Part shown: piece by piece, positions 31,529-41,211 of the stretch
How positions within the stretch are numbered: the first letter of the stretch is position 1
How the letters are laid out: each line of letters opens with the position of its first letter
Origin: Pelagomonas calceolata
Taxonomy: Eukaryota
Assembly (NCBI GenBank): GCA_918797485.1
Contig: CAKKNE010000001.1
Coordinates: 2,356,001 to 2,420,000, forward strand
Length of the DNA stretch: 64,000 bases
Direction of reading: 5' to 3'
Made by a program: the position numbers and the translations under genes
The notes under the pieces: model-generated
Database searches by the model: none
The model's input: the letters and a program-made list of their open reading frames with translations, nothing else
What the model was told of the DNA's origin: nothing

Positions 31529-32527
31529 TCAGAGCAGCTTCCCGATGATCTCGTAGGTCTGCTTCATGTCCTCCGTCTCGATGACCAGCGTCGCGTCGTA
31601 GGAATCGGCGTAGTCCGTCGGCTGGAATTTGATGACGAACTCCTGCGGGTCCCCGGCACGTCTGTTGAGCGTGCCGTGCGTCGGCTCGACGGTCACCGCG
31701 GAAGAAGAACCGGCCGTGAAGCCCGCCGTGAAGTCGGCGTACGTCGAGAACTCGTTGCGCACGGTGATGGTGGCGCCGCCGCGCGCGTTCAGCCTGGCAG
31801 AAACAGCCACGGTGTCCGTCAGGTCGCCCGCGGTCATGCCCGTGACCTGCTCCGAGGAAACCTCGTCCTTCGGCCCGTTGTCGAACTGCTGCAAGTACGA
31901 ACCGTGGTTGAAGTGGCGGTACTCCTTGCCCTGTAGAGAAGCGAGCTCGGCCATCTGATGATCCTTCTTCATCCTTAATTCTTCCTGGTTGCGCCAGTTC
32001 TCGAGCTGCTGCCGGCGTCGCGCGAGCTTGTCCTCTCCATATTCGTCGATCTCGACCATGCCCCGCTTCGCCAACTCGTCCGCGTAGCCCGTCGTCGTGC
32101 CCCACGCGTTCTTCGCATTCAACTTCGACTCCCTGCCGCCCATCTGGTTCAGCTTGCGCCCGCCTTTGAGACCCCTCGAATCTTCCGCAGACATGTCGAA
32201 CTCCTCCATGTGGTTCTTGCCGTCTCCGACGACGCCGACCTGCCCGTCTCCACCGTCGAAGCCGTCCGCGTCGATGAAACCCTCGTAGTTCGTCGGGCCG
32301 TAGTTCGAATCGGCCTCGCCGATGCCCGTGTGGTCCCGGGGGTTCGATTCCTCCCGGTCGGGATCGTCCTGGTCCCACCACTTTTTCTTCTTGTCGGCGT
32401 CCTCGACCTCGCTCAGGTACGAAACTTGGGTGACGGTTTTCGGGGTTGCGACGGCGGCGCTGCGCAAGGACGGCACGAGCGCGGCCGCGCGGCTGGCTAA
32501 CAGTAGCGCGAGCGCGGTACGGGCCAT
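31529..32527 (-). CDS. Probable plastid-targeted protein of unknown function with C-terminal Ig-like beta domain
   Basis: Signal peptide MARTALALLLASRAAA-L, transit-like segment, acidic body and beta-rich C-terminus. Confidence 0.7.
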   Translation of the reverse strand: MARTALALLLASRAAALVPSLRSAAVATPKTVTQVSYLSEVEDADKKKKWWDQDDPDREESNPRDHTGIGEADSNYGPTNYEGFIDADGFDGGDGQVGVVGDGKNHMEEFDMSAEDSRGLKGGRKLNQMGGRESKLNAKNAWGTTTGYADELAKRGMVEIDEYGEDKLARRRQQLENWRNQEELRMKKDHQMAELASLQGKEYRHFNHGSYLQQFDNGPKDEVSSEQVTGMTAGDLTDTVAVSARLNARGGATITVRNEFSTYADFTAGFTAGSSSAVTVEPTHGTLNRRAGDPQEFVIKFQPTDYADSYDATLVIETEDMKQTYEIIGKLL

Positions 32528-32814
32528 CTTTGGCTGGATGCTCCTCTGAGTGAAGATGCTCTTGGGGCTTCTCTGGTGTTTTTGACGCAGCGACGACCGT
32601 GCCACAGGCGTCGCAGGCGTGCTGGCAGATTGCTGGGAGACGCGGTGCGTCCGGCTAACACGTGCGAGGCGCTCCGCACTGAGTGGATTTTGGGGCTTGA
32701 GTTAGACACGCTGTCCATTTTGGCAGGCAGCAATCGACCCGTCCCACGCTTCCCTCGGGGCGCATCGAGACGGGTACGGTGCTCCGGGACCAAAAACGCT
32801 CTCGCGCGCTGCTT

Positions 32815-32838
32815 GCTAGTGTCTTACTGGACGCTAGG
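32815..32838 (+). promoter_or_regulatory. CTAG-bounded motif 1
   Basis: GCTAGTGTCTTACTGGACGCTAGG. Confidence 0.6.
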
Positions 32839-33010
32839 CTCTGGTGCCGGCCGGCGCCATCGCGATTGGAGCCCAGCCAGGGGAACGCACCAGCCGTGCA
32901 TTCACAGCAACGCATCGCTGCGAGGCAACCACGAATCGCGGTTGAAACGAGCATCGTGCCTAGCGCAGCAGCGGCAAGCAACCATAGGCTAGCCCAGGGC
33001 TGCAAAACCA

Positions 33011-34294
33011 TGAGCGAGCTCGCGCACCACGCCGACCAAGAGCACGACGACGAAGAAGCAACGGTCATCCCCGAACAGCAGGAGCACGACCAGGTGCACC
33101 ACGACCACGCGCACGCCGCCGACGAGCTGCGGCGGAACGCGACAGGGGCGCACACGCACGTGCACGAGCATAGTCATGGAGAGGGCCAGGAGGTCCACTC
33201 GCACTCGCACGCGCACGTCACGGACGAGCAGCTGCATGTGCATGATCATTTACATGCTTATGTTGATGAAAACACGATCCCGGTTCCGGACGAGAAGGGC
33301 CCCGCGGAGCGACTCGTCACGATCTTCGAGGCGACGTCTGTGGAGAAGGACGCTTCGGTCATATCCTACGTGGGTACGTCCGGCCTGAAAGTGACTATAT
33401 TAGAAGGCCTAGACACGCATAAGGGGCGCCTCACGAAATTATCTTTACGTTCCAACTTAGTAGCGGAGTGCAAAGAAGTAGCGGCGCACGGCGCTTCCCT
33501 CAAACATCTCGAATTGTATGATAACCGCTTACGATCACTGCGCGGCATCGAGCACTGCCCGTTCCTCGAGATCATTGACGTGTCGTACAACGGTTCTCGC
33601 GATTTAGCGCCGGTCGCGGTCTGCTTCCAGCTGCGGGAGCTCTACGCGGTCTGGGAACGGCGTCCCTTTTTTTTATACTTGCGGCGACGGCGTACGCACG
33701 CAGGCCTGCAACAAGCTCCGGGAGATTTATGTAGGTCTGTCGAAGCTCGAGAACCTCGTCATGCTTGATTTGGGAGGCAACCGCTTGAGAAAAATGGAAC
33801 ACTTTCCACAAAATCTAGAGAAACTCTTCCTGGGCAAGAACAAGATCGAACGCGTCGAGAACGTCTCGACGCTAAAGAAGTTGAAAGTCTTGGACGTCCA
33901 GTCGAACCGCTTGACTTCTCTGGAACCCGGGTCGCTGCCGTCTCAATTACAAGAGTTGTATGGCGCGCACAACGCCGTCACGGACCCTCCGCCCGACGCG
34001 TTGCAAGGCCTCGCCCTCGAGACCGTGGACCTCTCGCACAACCGCCTGACGTCCCTGGAGGTTTTCTCCGGGTTAGGACTGGGCGATTTGTGGCTCTCGT
34101 ACAACGGCGTGCCGTCGCTGGAGGCCGTCGGATGTCTCAAGGACGTGCCGCTCACGTGCCTGTACCTCGACCACAACCCCTGCGCCGCGGAGCCGCGCTA
34201 CGCGAACTACCTGCGCGACTTCTTCCCGCTCCTGGAGCAGCTCGACGCGAACTACGCGCCGGCGCGCGGCGCCGCGGCGAGCGGGATCTCCTAA
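33011..34294 (+). CDS. SDS22: SDS22/PPP1R7-like LRR protein with His-rich N-terminus (intron 33649-33703)
   Basis: SDS22-type LRRs LELYDN, LDLGGNRL, LFLGKNKI and LDVQSNRL, plus LRRcap LEQLDA. The 55-nt GT-AG intron fixes the frame. Confidence 0.8.
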
Positions 34295-34421
34295 CAACCG
34301 TGTTCTGTGTGTATACTAGTAAGCTCACAGTTATGTTAGTAAAGTAGGCCTAAGTTTGGCAGTTTGATGGCGTCGACCGCGGCGGGGGGCGTCCACCGGC
34401 ACGCCGTCGCGGCGACGTCAC

Positions 34422-35162
34422 CTAGTCGTGGGCGAAGAAGTCCGACCAGCGGCAGTAGGCCATGACGACCTCGAGCGCGTCGCCGGGCAGCGCCGGGCAG
34501 GCCGCATCCACCAAAGATGCGGCCGCCTCGTATTCGTCGGGATACGTCCGGCGCCGGTCGTGCAGGCGCCACGGCTTCTGAGGAGCCACCAGCCGCACGC
34601 AGGCCGTCTCGAGCCCTTTCAGTAAGACGAAGGGCCGCAACCTACCTGCCCCTGGCATCGAGATCGCTCCTAAAAAAGTCACGCGTTTCGCACGTATCCT
34701 TTCCACGGCGAAGGCGCCCTTCCGATCGCACGTCAATCTCAAAATATCACCATCCCGGAATGTTTCGTAGCCTTCTTCGGTCGACGCTAATACTTTCCCG
34801 GCGGCGACCCACGACCCGCCCTCGTTTAACAGACACCCGTCCTCAAAACAGTGCGGCAGGCCGCCTCCTCTAAGAGCGGCGCAGATGCCCCGGTCGCGCA
34901 CCGCGCCGACGCCCAAACGAAAACCGACGTCCACCAACTCGATCTCGCAGGCGTCCGGGTCTCCTACTAATTCGCATCTGGCCTCGCCGAGCACTATTTC
35001 ACACAGCGCCGGCGCGCCGGCGCCCCTGCGATGCCTCAACGTGGCGCCGTCGATGATGGCCGCGGGCGAGTAGTTGCGCCGCGTGAAGCGCGGCGCCTTC
35101 GCGGCGTCGTCGTCGAGGTCGTCTAGCGACAAGACGCTCGTGGCGGACGTGACGCGGTGCAT
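34422..35162 (-). CDS. Hypothetical protein, SPRY-like beta domain
   Basis: RLGVG...FRDGDILRLTCD...LRPFVLL pattern. Confidence 0.5.
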   Translation of the reverse strand: MHRVTSATSVLSLDDLDDDAAKAPRFTRRNYSPAAIIDGATLRHRRGAGAPALCEIVLGEARCELVGDPDACEIELVDVGFRLGVGAVRDRGICAALRGGGLPHCFEDGCLLNEGGSWVAAGKVLASTEEGYETFRDGDILRLTCDRKGAFAVERIRAKRVTFLGAISMPGAGRLRPFVLLKGLETACVRLVAPQKPWRLHDRRRTYPDEYEAAASLVDAACPALPGDALEVVMAYCRWSDFFAHD

Positions 35163-35553
35163 CGTGTTGCAACTCTTCGCGGCAGGCGCTTTTGGCAGTG
35201 ATATCGCTGCGCAGCGTGCTTTCTCCTGCGGTTTTTTGCCTTTATCGAAGAGCTACAATGATCGTAAACTTGTACACAATGTCCTGTTGTCAGGTATTGC
35301 GCCGGCGGTGAATGCGGGCGTCGAACCCAGTCGTGATGGCCTGACCAACAAAAACGTAAGCCTCGGGCGATAGAATCTGGACGGCAACCAACAGCAAACG
35401 CCTCCGCGTGTGACTCCTCGCAAGCCTAGAAGCAAGGGTAAGCTGCAGCATCGGGCGGGCCGGGCGCACGGTCACGCGGACCCCGCTCGGCGCTAGGCGC
35501 CCGAGCTCTAAACTAAACAAAAGCCAACTTAATTCTCGAGAGCGAAACAGCGG

Positions 35554-36252
35554 TCAGAAGAGCACGAGCGACGTCCTAGCGCGCACGGTGCCGTTCGCGA
35601 GCGCGCGCGCCCGCTCCGGCGCCACCGGCGCGAGCAGCCGCCATAATTTATAAGACACGGTCGTGATCCACAGCTGGACCACGAAGGTAAAAAATAAAAA
35701 TGAACCAGTAGCGTGGAACGAGAACAGCACCAATATATAAATCTCCTTGAGCGAACAGAGCCAGAGGTAGCACGATAGTAGTGGCGCGTGGAGCATGCGC
35801 GCGCCCGCGTAGCCGACGACGGGGTTCACCAAAAACACGAGACACGCGCGGGCCCACCACTTTGCCTGGCCTTTCTGATGAGGCGACGAGTAGGCGAACA
35901 AAGTGACGATGGCATCTAGTATAGCGTAGACCTTCACGGACTTCCGGTAGTTCAGGAGCTTCTGTTCTTGCGTCGTGATTTGTAGTGTGGTTGCTCGGAG
36001 CTGGGCCACCGCCGCCTCGCATTCTCGCCTTTGTATCGCAGCCTCGACGTCGTCGTCGGCTGGCACGGCCGTGGCCACGACCGTCGGCATGGGGGCGTCA
36101 CTACTCTCGGTCACCTCTTCCACTTGAGCGACGGGCGGCGCGTTCACAGGTGCGCAGGGCGCGGCCCTTGCAATGACGACAGGGGGCGCCGACCGGCTCC
36201 GCTGCTGGCGCATGGCCGGCGTCGAGAAGTCGAGCGCGGCGCCGCGGGGCAT
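35554..36252 (-). CDS. Small multi-pass membrane protein
   Basis: About four hydrophobic helices in the C-terminal half. Confidence 0.65.
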   Translation of the reverse strand: MPRGAALDFSTPAMRQQRSRSAPPVVIARAAPCAPVNAPPVAQVEEVTESSDAPMPTVVATAVPADDDVEAAIQRRECEAAVAQLRATTLQITTQEQKLLNYRKSVKVYAILDAIVTLFAYSSPHQKGQAKWWARACLVFLVNPVVGYAGARMLHAPLLSCYLWLCSLKEIYILVLFSFHATGSFLFFTFVVQLWITTVSYKLWRLLAPVAPERARALANGTVRARTSLVLF

Positions 36253-36258
36253 CGTGGG

Positions 36259-36361
36259 GCAGCCCCGGGTTCGGCTAGAGCTGGTGCTGATGAGAGCGCT
36301 CTGCAGCCCCCGGTTCGGCTAGCTGCTGCTGATGAGAGCGGCTGATGAGAGCGCGCTCTGC
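36259..36361. repeat. Imperfect tandem duplication in divergent promoter
   Basis: GCAGCCCC(G/C)GGTTCGGCTAG..GCTGATGAGAGCG occurs twice, plus a third GCTGATGAGAGCG. Confidence 0.75.
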
Positions 36362-36367
36362 TTTCTG

Positions 36368-36390
36368 GCTAGTGTGTTACAGTCGCTAGC
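36368..36390 (+). promoter_or_regulatory. CTAG-bounded motif 1
   Basis: GCTAGTGTGTTACAGTCGCTAGC. Confidence 0.6.
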
Positions 36391-36459
36391 TGCTGGCCGG
36401 ACCTGGAGGGTCGCGTCGACGGCGTGAGGCTGCCCCAAGCCAAGGAGGGCCGCCGTACG

Positions 36460-37593
36460 ATGATCCTCACGCAGTGCGCCGCCTGCGCTACCAACCTTGG
36501 GCTGACCTTGGGTAAGAAATGCGGCCGCTGCAGTACACGCTACTGTGGGCCCGAATGCCAGAAACAGCACTGGGAAGAGGGCGGCCACGACCAGCTCTGC
36601 AAACCGACAAAAAAGGCGGGCGGCGCAGAACAATATAATGCCAATACGAGATACACGGAGGCTGTCGCGGCCGCAGTCCAGAAATGCGCCGAGGACACGA
36701 AGGGCCAGACTTGCTACATCTGCACGCAGGCCCTCCATTGGAAAACAAAGGAGGGCCTCGTGCGCATGTGTGCGTGCCGCGGGACGGCGGGCTTCGCGCA
36801 TGTGTCGTGCCTCGCGGAACAGGCGAAGATTTTGTGGGCCGAGGTCGAGGAGAACAATTTGGGCGCTAAGGCGAGGAAGGAGAGGTGGGCGCGGTGGTAC
36901 TCGTGCGGCTTGTGCGAGCAACAGTACCACGGCGTCGTGGATTGTGCGCTCGGCTGGGCGTGCTGGAAGACGTACGTGGGGCGGCCGGAGAGGGACTCGC
37001 CTCGGATGAATGCGATAAGGCAGCTTTCGAACGGTTTAGGCGCAGCAGGTCACCACAAGGACGCGTTGTCCGTGCAAGAGACCCAGTTTTCTATAGAGCG
37101 GCGCCTCGGCGCACCAGAAGCGGCTTTGCTCAATACGCAGGAGAATCTTGCGGGCACGTATGGAGAGCTGGGGCGGCATGAGCAGGCCCTGCTTATGCAG
37201 CGAGGCGTATACTCTGGACGCATGAAGTTATATGGCGAGGAACATGCGAACACATTATTGGCAGCCACCAACTTGGCGATGTCTCTTCTTGGTCTCCAGC
37301 GCTTCGAAGAAGTTAAGGCTCTGTTGCGCAAAACGATGCCCATAGCGCGGCGCGTTCTCGGCGAGAATAGTTTTGACATGCTCACAATGAGGAGGCTTTA
37401 CGCGCGGGCGCTCTGCACCGCCGACACCACGCTCGACGATACCCGCGAGGCCGTCAATACGCTGGAGGACACGGAACGGACCGCGCGGCGCGTGTACGGT
37501 GGCGCGCACCCGCTCACAGGAGCGCTTGAGGAGCAATTGCAAGTGTCCCGAGCCGTGCTCCACGCCCGCGAAGGGATGCGCCAGCCGACGTGA
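36460..37593 (+). CDS. MYND-type Zn finger + RINGv + TPR (KLC-like) protein, paralog A
   Basis: CxxC..CGRC..YC..CQ..HW..H..C, then CYIC..CACRG..HVSC..CxxC, then helical repeats GEEHANTL. Confidence 0.85.
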   Translation: MILTQCAACATNLGLTLGKKCGRCSTRYCGPECQKQHWEEGGHDQLCKPTKKAGGAEQYNANTRYTEAVAAAVQKCAEDTKGQTCYICTQALHWKTKEGLVRMCACRGTAGFAHVSCLAEQAKILWAEVEENNLGAKARKERWARWYSCGLCEQQYHGVVDCALGWACWKTYVGRPERDSPRMNAIRQLSNGLGAAGHHKDALSVQETQFSIERRLGAPEAALLNTQENLAGTYGELGRHEQALLMQRGVYSGRMKLYGEEHANTLLAATNLAMSLLGLQRFEEVKALLRKTMPIARRVLGENSFDMLTMRRLYARALCTADTTLDDTREAVNTLEDTERTARRVYGGAHPLTGALEEQLQVSRAVLHAREGMRQPT

Positions 37594-37620
37594 CCGAGGC
37601 ATAAATAAAAAGACAAAAAC

Positions 37621-38871
37621 CTAGGCTTTCTCCTTCCCCTCGTTCCCCCACTTCCAGCCCGCCGGAATAGGAGTCGCGAACTTCTTTTGGTTCGCCTTGT
37701 ACTCCTCGAAGGACATGCCCTTGTGTGGCGCGAACGTCGGCCGCCGGTCGACATTATAGATATTCGGGTCGCCGCCGGGCCGCCGCGGGTCGCGGGGCCG
37801 CTCCGGTACAAAACCCGCGGCCTTGGCTCGGAGGTCCGACGATGACACCTTCGGCCGGCCCTCGACCGCCACGACGTCGACCGCCACTATTTCCAGAGGC
37901 GGCGCGTCCGGCAGCGCGTCCCGCCGCATCTTCTGCAGGGCCTCCGCACCTTTTAGTGTTTCGCGACTCACGACTAAACAAGTAATGTTCGCGTCCGTCA
38001 CGGCCAGAGGCGGCTTCTTTGACAGCGTCGAGACGTGCACAACTAACCCGGGCCGGCAGCTCTCGAGGTATGCCCGCGCGTTCTTCGAGCGCGTTACCAG
38101 TGGTTCTAATAATTCAGCGTGCTTCTTCTCCGTCAACAAGTCGTCTCCTGATACACCGACGTACACGCACTCCTCGGCAACGAGCGCCGCGGCTGAGAGC
38201 AACAACCGGTGCCCGGCGTGCAGCCGGTCAAACGTCCCACCGACAGCGACGCACTTGTGCGCCGCAATGACTCCATCCGGAATAGGTTTGCCCACGCCCT
38301 CGCAGGGGTGCAGCGTGTAACTTTTTTCCCGAGGCTCGGGCACAAACGGCGCACAATCGACGTAGGGCGCGCCTACTTCCAAGGCCGCGTCGCCGAAGCA
38401 TTCAGGTTTTGTCTTAAACCCACGAACACAGTCGACCTGCAACGGCCACGCGTTCCACTCATATTGATCTTCCGTGAGCGGTATCACATCCAGTTGAGGC
38501 TTCTCCTCGATAACAACGTCCTCGAAGACCCTCCGGAAGATCTCCAACGCGCGTTTGCCTCGCTTGACGCCTTTGAGGGCCACGTACAATTTCTTCTCCG
38601 TCTTGCAAATTGCTTTTTTTATGATAGTCCGCCACGCGCCGTCGATCTCGACAGCGACGAATGTGGTAGAGTGCTCCGCTTTCAGATCGAGGGGCAGTAA
38701 GTCGGGCTCGCAGGCGTCCTCGTCCACGGCCTGCGGTTCCTTCGGCCACTTTACTTGGTCCCAGTGGTCTCCGGAATCGGGGCCGCAGGGGATGCGCCGC
38801 TGCTCTTCGCTGTTGAAAGCTTCGAGGCTGGCCTGGATCGCGGCGCGCGGCTCGCTCACGAAGTCGGCCAT
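37621..38871 (-). CDS. Phosphopantetheine adenylyltransferase (CoA synthase PPAT-type)
   Basis: AVGGTFDRLHAGH, LVVSRET and KVSSS motifs. Confidence 0.88.
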   Translation of the reverse strand: MADFVSEPRAAIQASLEAFNSEEQRRIPCGPDSGDHWDQVKWPKEPQAVDEDACEPDLLPLDLKAEHSTTFVAVEIDGAWRTIIKKAICKTEKKLYVALKGVKRGKRALEIFRRVFEDVVIEEKPQLDVIPLTEDQYEWNAWPLQVDCVRGFKTKPECFGDAALEVGAPYVDCAPFVPEPREKSYTLHPCEGVGKPIPDGVIAAHKCVAVGGTFDRLHAGHRLLLSAAALVAEECVYVGVSGDDLLTEKKHAELLEPLVTRSKNARAYLESCRPGLVVHVSTLSKKPPLAVTDANITCLVVSRETLKGAEALQKMRRDALPDAPPLEIVAVDVVAVEGRPKVSSSDLRAKAAGFVPERPRDPRRPGGDPNIYNVDRRPTFAPHKGMSFEEYKANQKKFATPIPAGWKWGNEGKEKA

Positions 38872-39066
38872 GGTCGCTGGCTCGCGGCGGCGGCGTTTCG
38901 GGGCTGCTGCTTTTTTGCCCTGGAGCAGGGATGGAGCAGGGATTCGGCACGCGGCGCGAGCGCGTTTCTGCTGATCCCGCCTATAAATGCGAAGCGTGCG
39001 ATGGGTCCAGGCACAGCGGTGTGGCACGTAGGGCTATTTTGCCCGCCAATTAGTCTGCTGTGTGCT

Positions 39067-39113
39067 TAAGGTATCGGTATGGTACCTTATACCGTGGTAC
39101 CTCGGTGGTAGGG
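39067..39113 (+). promoter_or_regulatory. Repeated intergenic motif 2, copy 2
   Basis: TAAGGTATCGGTATGGTACCTTATACCGTGGTACCTCGGTGGTAGGG. Confidence 0.5.
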
Positions 39114-39226
39114 CTCGATTTGTCGCATTGGCCCCGCCCACTAGTCCCAGGACCAAATTCAAACAGACAACGCATCGAAGCGGACGCAAAAAAAAAGGAA
39201 CAGAAAGGGACTTAAAAGGAAGAAAT

Positions 39227-40735
39227 CTATCGCCCCATCGTCTGCGGCCGCACGCCGTCCAACTTCGACTGGTCCCACTCCGACCGCATTCCTAATGCGT
39301 TCGACGCCACGCGCAGCACGTTCATCTTCGCGACGAGCGCCGCCTCCGACGACTGCTGGCCGCCGTGCTGCTGCAAGACGGCATCGGACACGAGTAACCG
39401 AGCCGACTCCGCGTCGGTCGCGTCCGTGACGACCACCTGTTTGTTCGACGCCAGCGCCTGGTAGACGTCGAGCCTCTTCTCATCTATATCTAATTCGCGC
39501 TTCTTCTTGAGCGCGGCATTCGCATTTTTCTCGGCCTGAGCTACGGTCGTCGCCGCTTCGGCCCTGTTATGAGCGACGGTCGCTTCGGTCTTCGCCCGAA
39601 ACCGCTGCACTTCGGCCTCGGCCTGCGCCTCAGCTAGAGCCGCTTCCTCTTGCGCCGATAACCGCAACGTATCCAACACGCGCGCCTTCTCCAGAGCCAG
39701 ACTATTAGCTTGTTCTTTGGTATCAGCCTCGATCTTGTGACATTCGGACGTCGTGTGCTCGTTGAACTCGGCGAGCTGCCGCCGATGTTTGGCTCTTTTT
39801 ATCGCTAAATCTTCCTTGAGGTCCTGGACTTCCTTCGCACCGACGGCCTTCTGCTTCGACTCCTTCTCGTCGTTCTGCAGCTTCAACTGCTCGACCTCGT
39901 TCTCGCACTTGATCTCCAACATGGCGAACTTCTGCTCCATGACCTCGTAGGCCTGCTTACTTCGGACCATCGTCCGCGCGGTCATCTGCTGCGCGATCGA
40001 CGACGGTAGCCCCACATCCGTGATACTAATATCGACGATCTCCACGCAGCTATCTAAAGTTTGGTTGACCTTGATCTTCATCGCTTCCGTGACGTCGATA
40101 CCCTTCTGGGCGTGGCGGTCCTCGCCCCTCGCACGACTAGCCTCCGCTTCTTTAAAAGTCATGCCCGGGCCCTTTTCGTCCTCCTCATCGTCGTCGTCAT
40201 CCACAGTCCTCGCGACTTGCGCGGGAGCGCCCGTCCTGCAAGCGTAGACCTCGGTGTGGCGCATACTACGCGCTAACGCTCTCAATTCTTGCGCTACGGA
40301 GTCTTTCAACTGTTGCTCCAGACCACCCGGCGTCACTTCATGGACGAAGAATCGAACGCCATTGCCCTGCTCCCCGTTCACGATCCTAAAAATGACCGAG
40401 ATATCAATCGTGATTTGCACGTTATCCAGCGTCTTGCAGCCCTTGATCGGCGCGTTCCACACACAATGATTACGAGTAACCAGGTGACTGACCGTAGTGA
40501 ACGGATCCGCACATTGCACCCCCGGCTTGTGGACGATCTTGCCGTCGCCGTCCGGGATCTCCGCGCCGCACCTTGTTACCAAAGCGTTATAGCCTTCCGG
40601 GATGATAATAAACGGTAAGAAAGGGTTCCAGCACATGCCGCTCGGCTGCGCGACCAACAAGCCGAGGTCCGTGCGGAAGTACGCGTCGGCGCTGACCGGG
40701 CTCAGGATCGTGACGCTTGATAATGTAGTGGCCAT
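39227..40735 (-). CDS. SPFH/band-7 domain protein with long coiled coil
   Basis: IPEGYNALV..G...PG, CKTLDNVQITIDISVIFRI and VEIVDISITDVGLP. Confidence 0.85.
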   Translation of the reverse strand: MATTLSSVTILSPVSADAYFRTDLGLLVAQPSGMCWNPFLPFIIIPEGYNALVTRCGAEIPDGDGKIVHKPGVQCADPFTTVSHLVTRNHCVWNAPIKGCKTLDNVQITIDISVIFRIVNGEQGNGVRFFVHEVTPGGLEQQLKDSVAQELRALARSMRHTEVYACRTGAPAQVARTVDDDDDEEDEKGPGMTFKEAEASRARGEDRHAQKGIDVTEAMKIKVNQTLDSCVEIVDISITDVGLPSSIAQQMTARTMVRSKQAYEVMEQKFAMLEIKCENEVEQLKLQNDEKESKQKAVGAKEVQDLKEDLAIKRAKHRRQLAEFNEHTTSECHKIEADTKEQANSLALEKARVLDTLRLSAQEEAALAEAQAEAEVQRFRAKTEATVAHNRAEAATTVAQAEKNANAALKKKRELDIDEKRLDVYQALASNKQVVVTDATDAESARLLVSDAVLQQHGGQQSSEAALVAKMNVLRVASNALGMRSEWDQSKLDGVRPQTMGR

Positions 40736-41211
40736 CTTGCTTGCTTATGGGAGCGGCGGCGGCGCTGCCCTGTCGTAGGAGGGCGGCGCGCGGCGGCGGC
40801 GCTGCCCGAGGAGCTGCCCTCTGGGCTGCCCCGATTGTTGGTTGTGGCTGCCGCGCCGGGAGGCTGCCGCGGGCGCCCGGCTTCGAAAGGGCCTTGGAAT
40901 GCGCCGGCGGGGCCGCGTCCCGTGGCTTTTCGCGGTATCCGCGCGGCAAATTAGCGCCCAGAGCCAGAGGCGTAGCGCCTCCCGCAGAGCAGTGCTTCGT
41001 GACCGAGGCGTACGCCCTCTATTTCGGGCCCCGGGGCTGCCCGTTTTACCGGTGACCCGCCAGGACCCCCGGACGCGCGCCCGGGCAGCTTTTCCGCCGC
41101 CGCGCGCGCGCGCAGAGGTCCCTCCAGGACACACCTGTATACTGCCGCCGCCGCCCGCCGCCGCGCGCCGAGGACAGGCGAACACGCCGAGGACCAGACA
41201 AACAGCACAAG

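Noticed and set aside
35302..35338. SECIS element (GTGA...AA...GA)
   Set aside because: The 3' arm is too short for helix II, it is on the wrong strand for the flanking genes, and no in-frame TGA selenoprotein was seen.
36287..36350. C/D-box snoRNA (TGATGA/CTGA)
   Set aside because: The boxes arise from a tandem duplication, and no terminal stem or recognisable guide sequence was seen.
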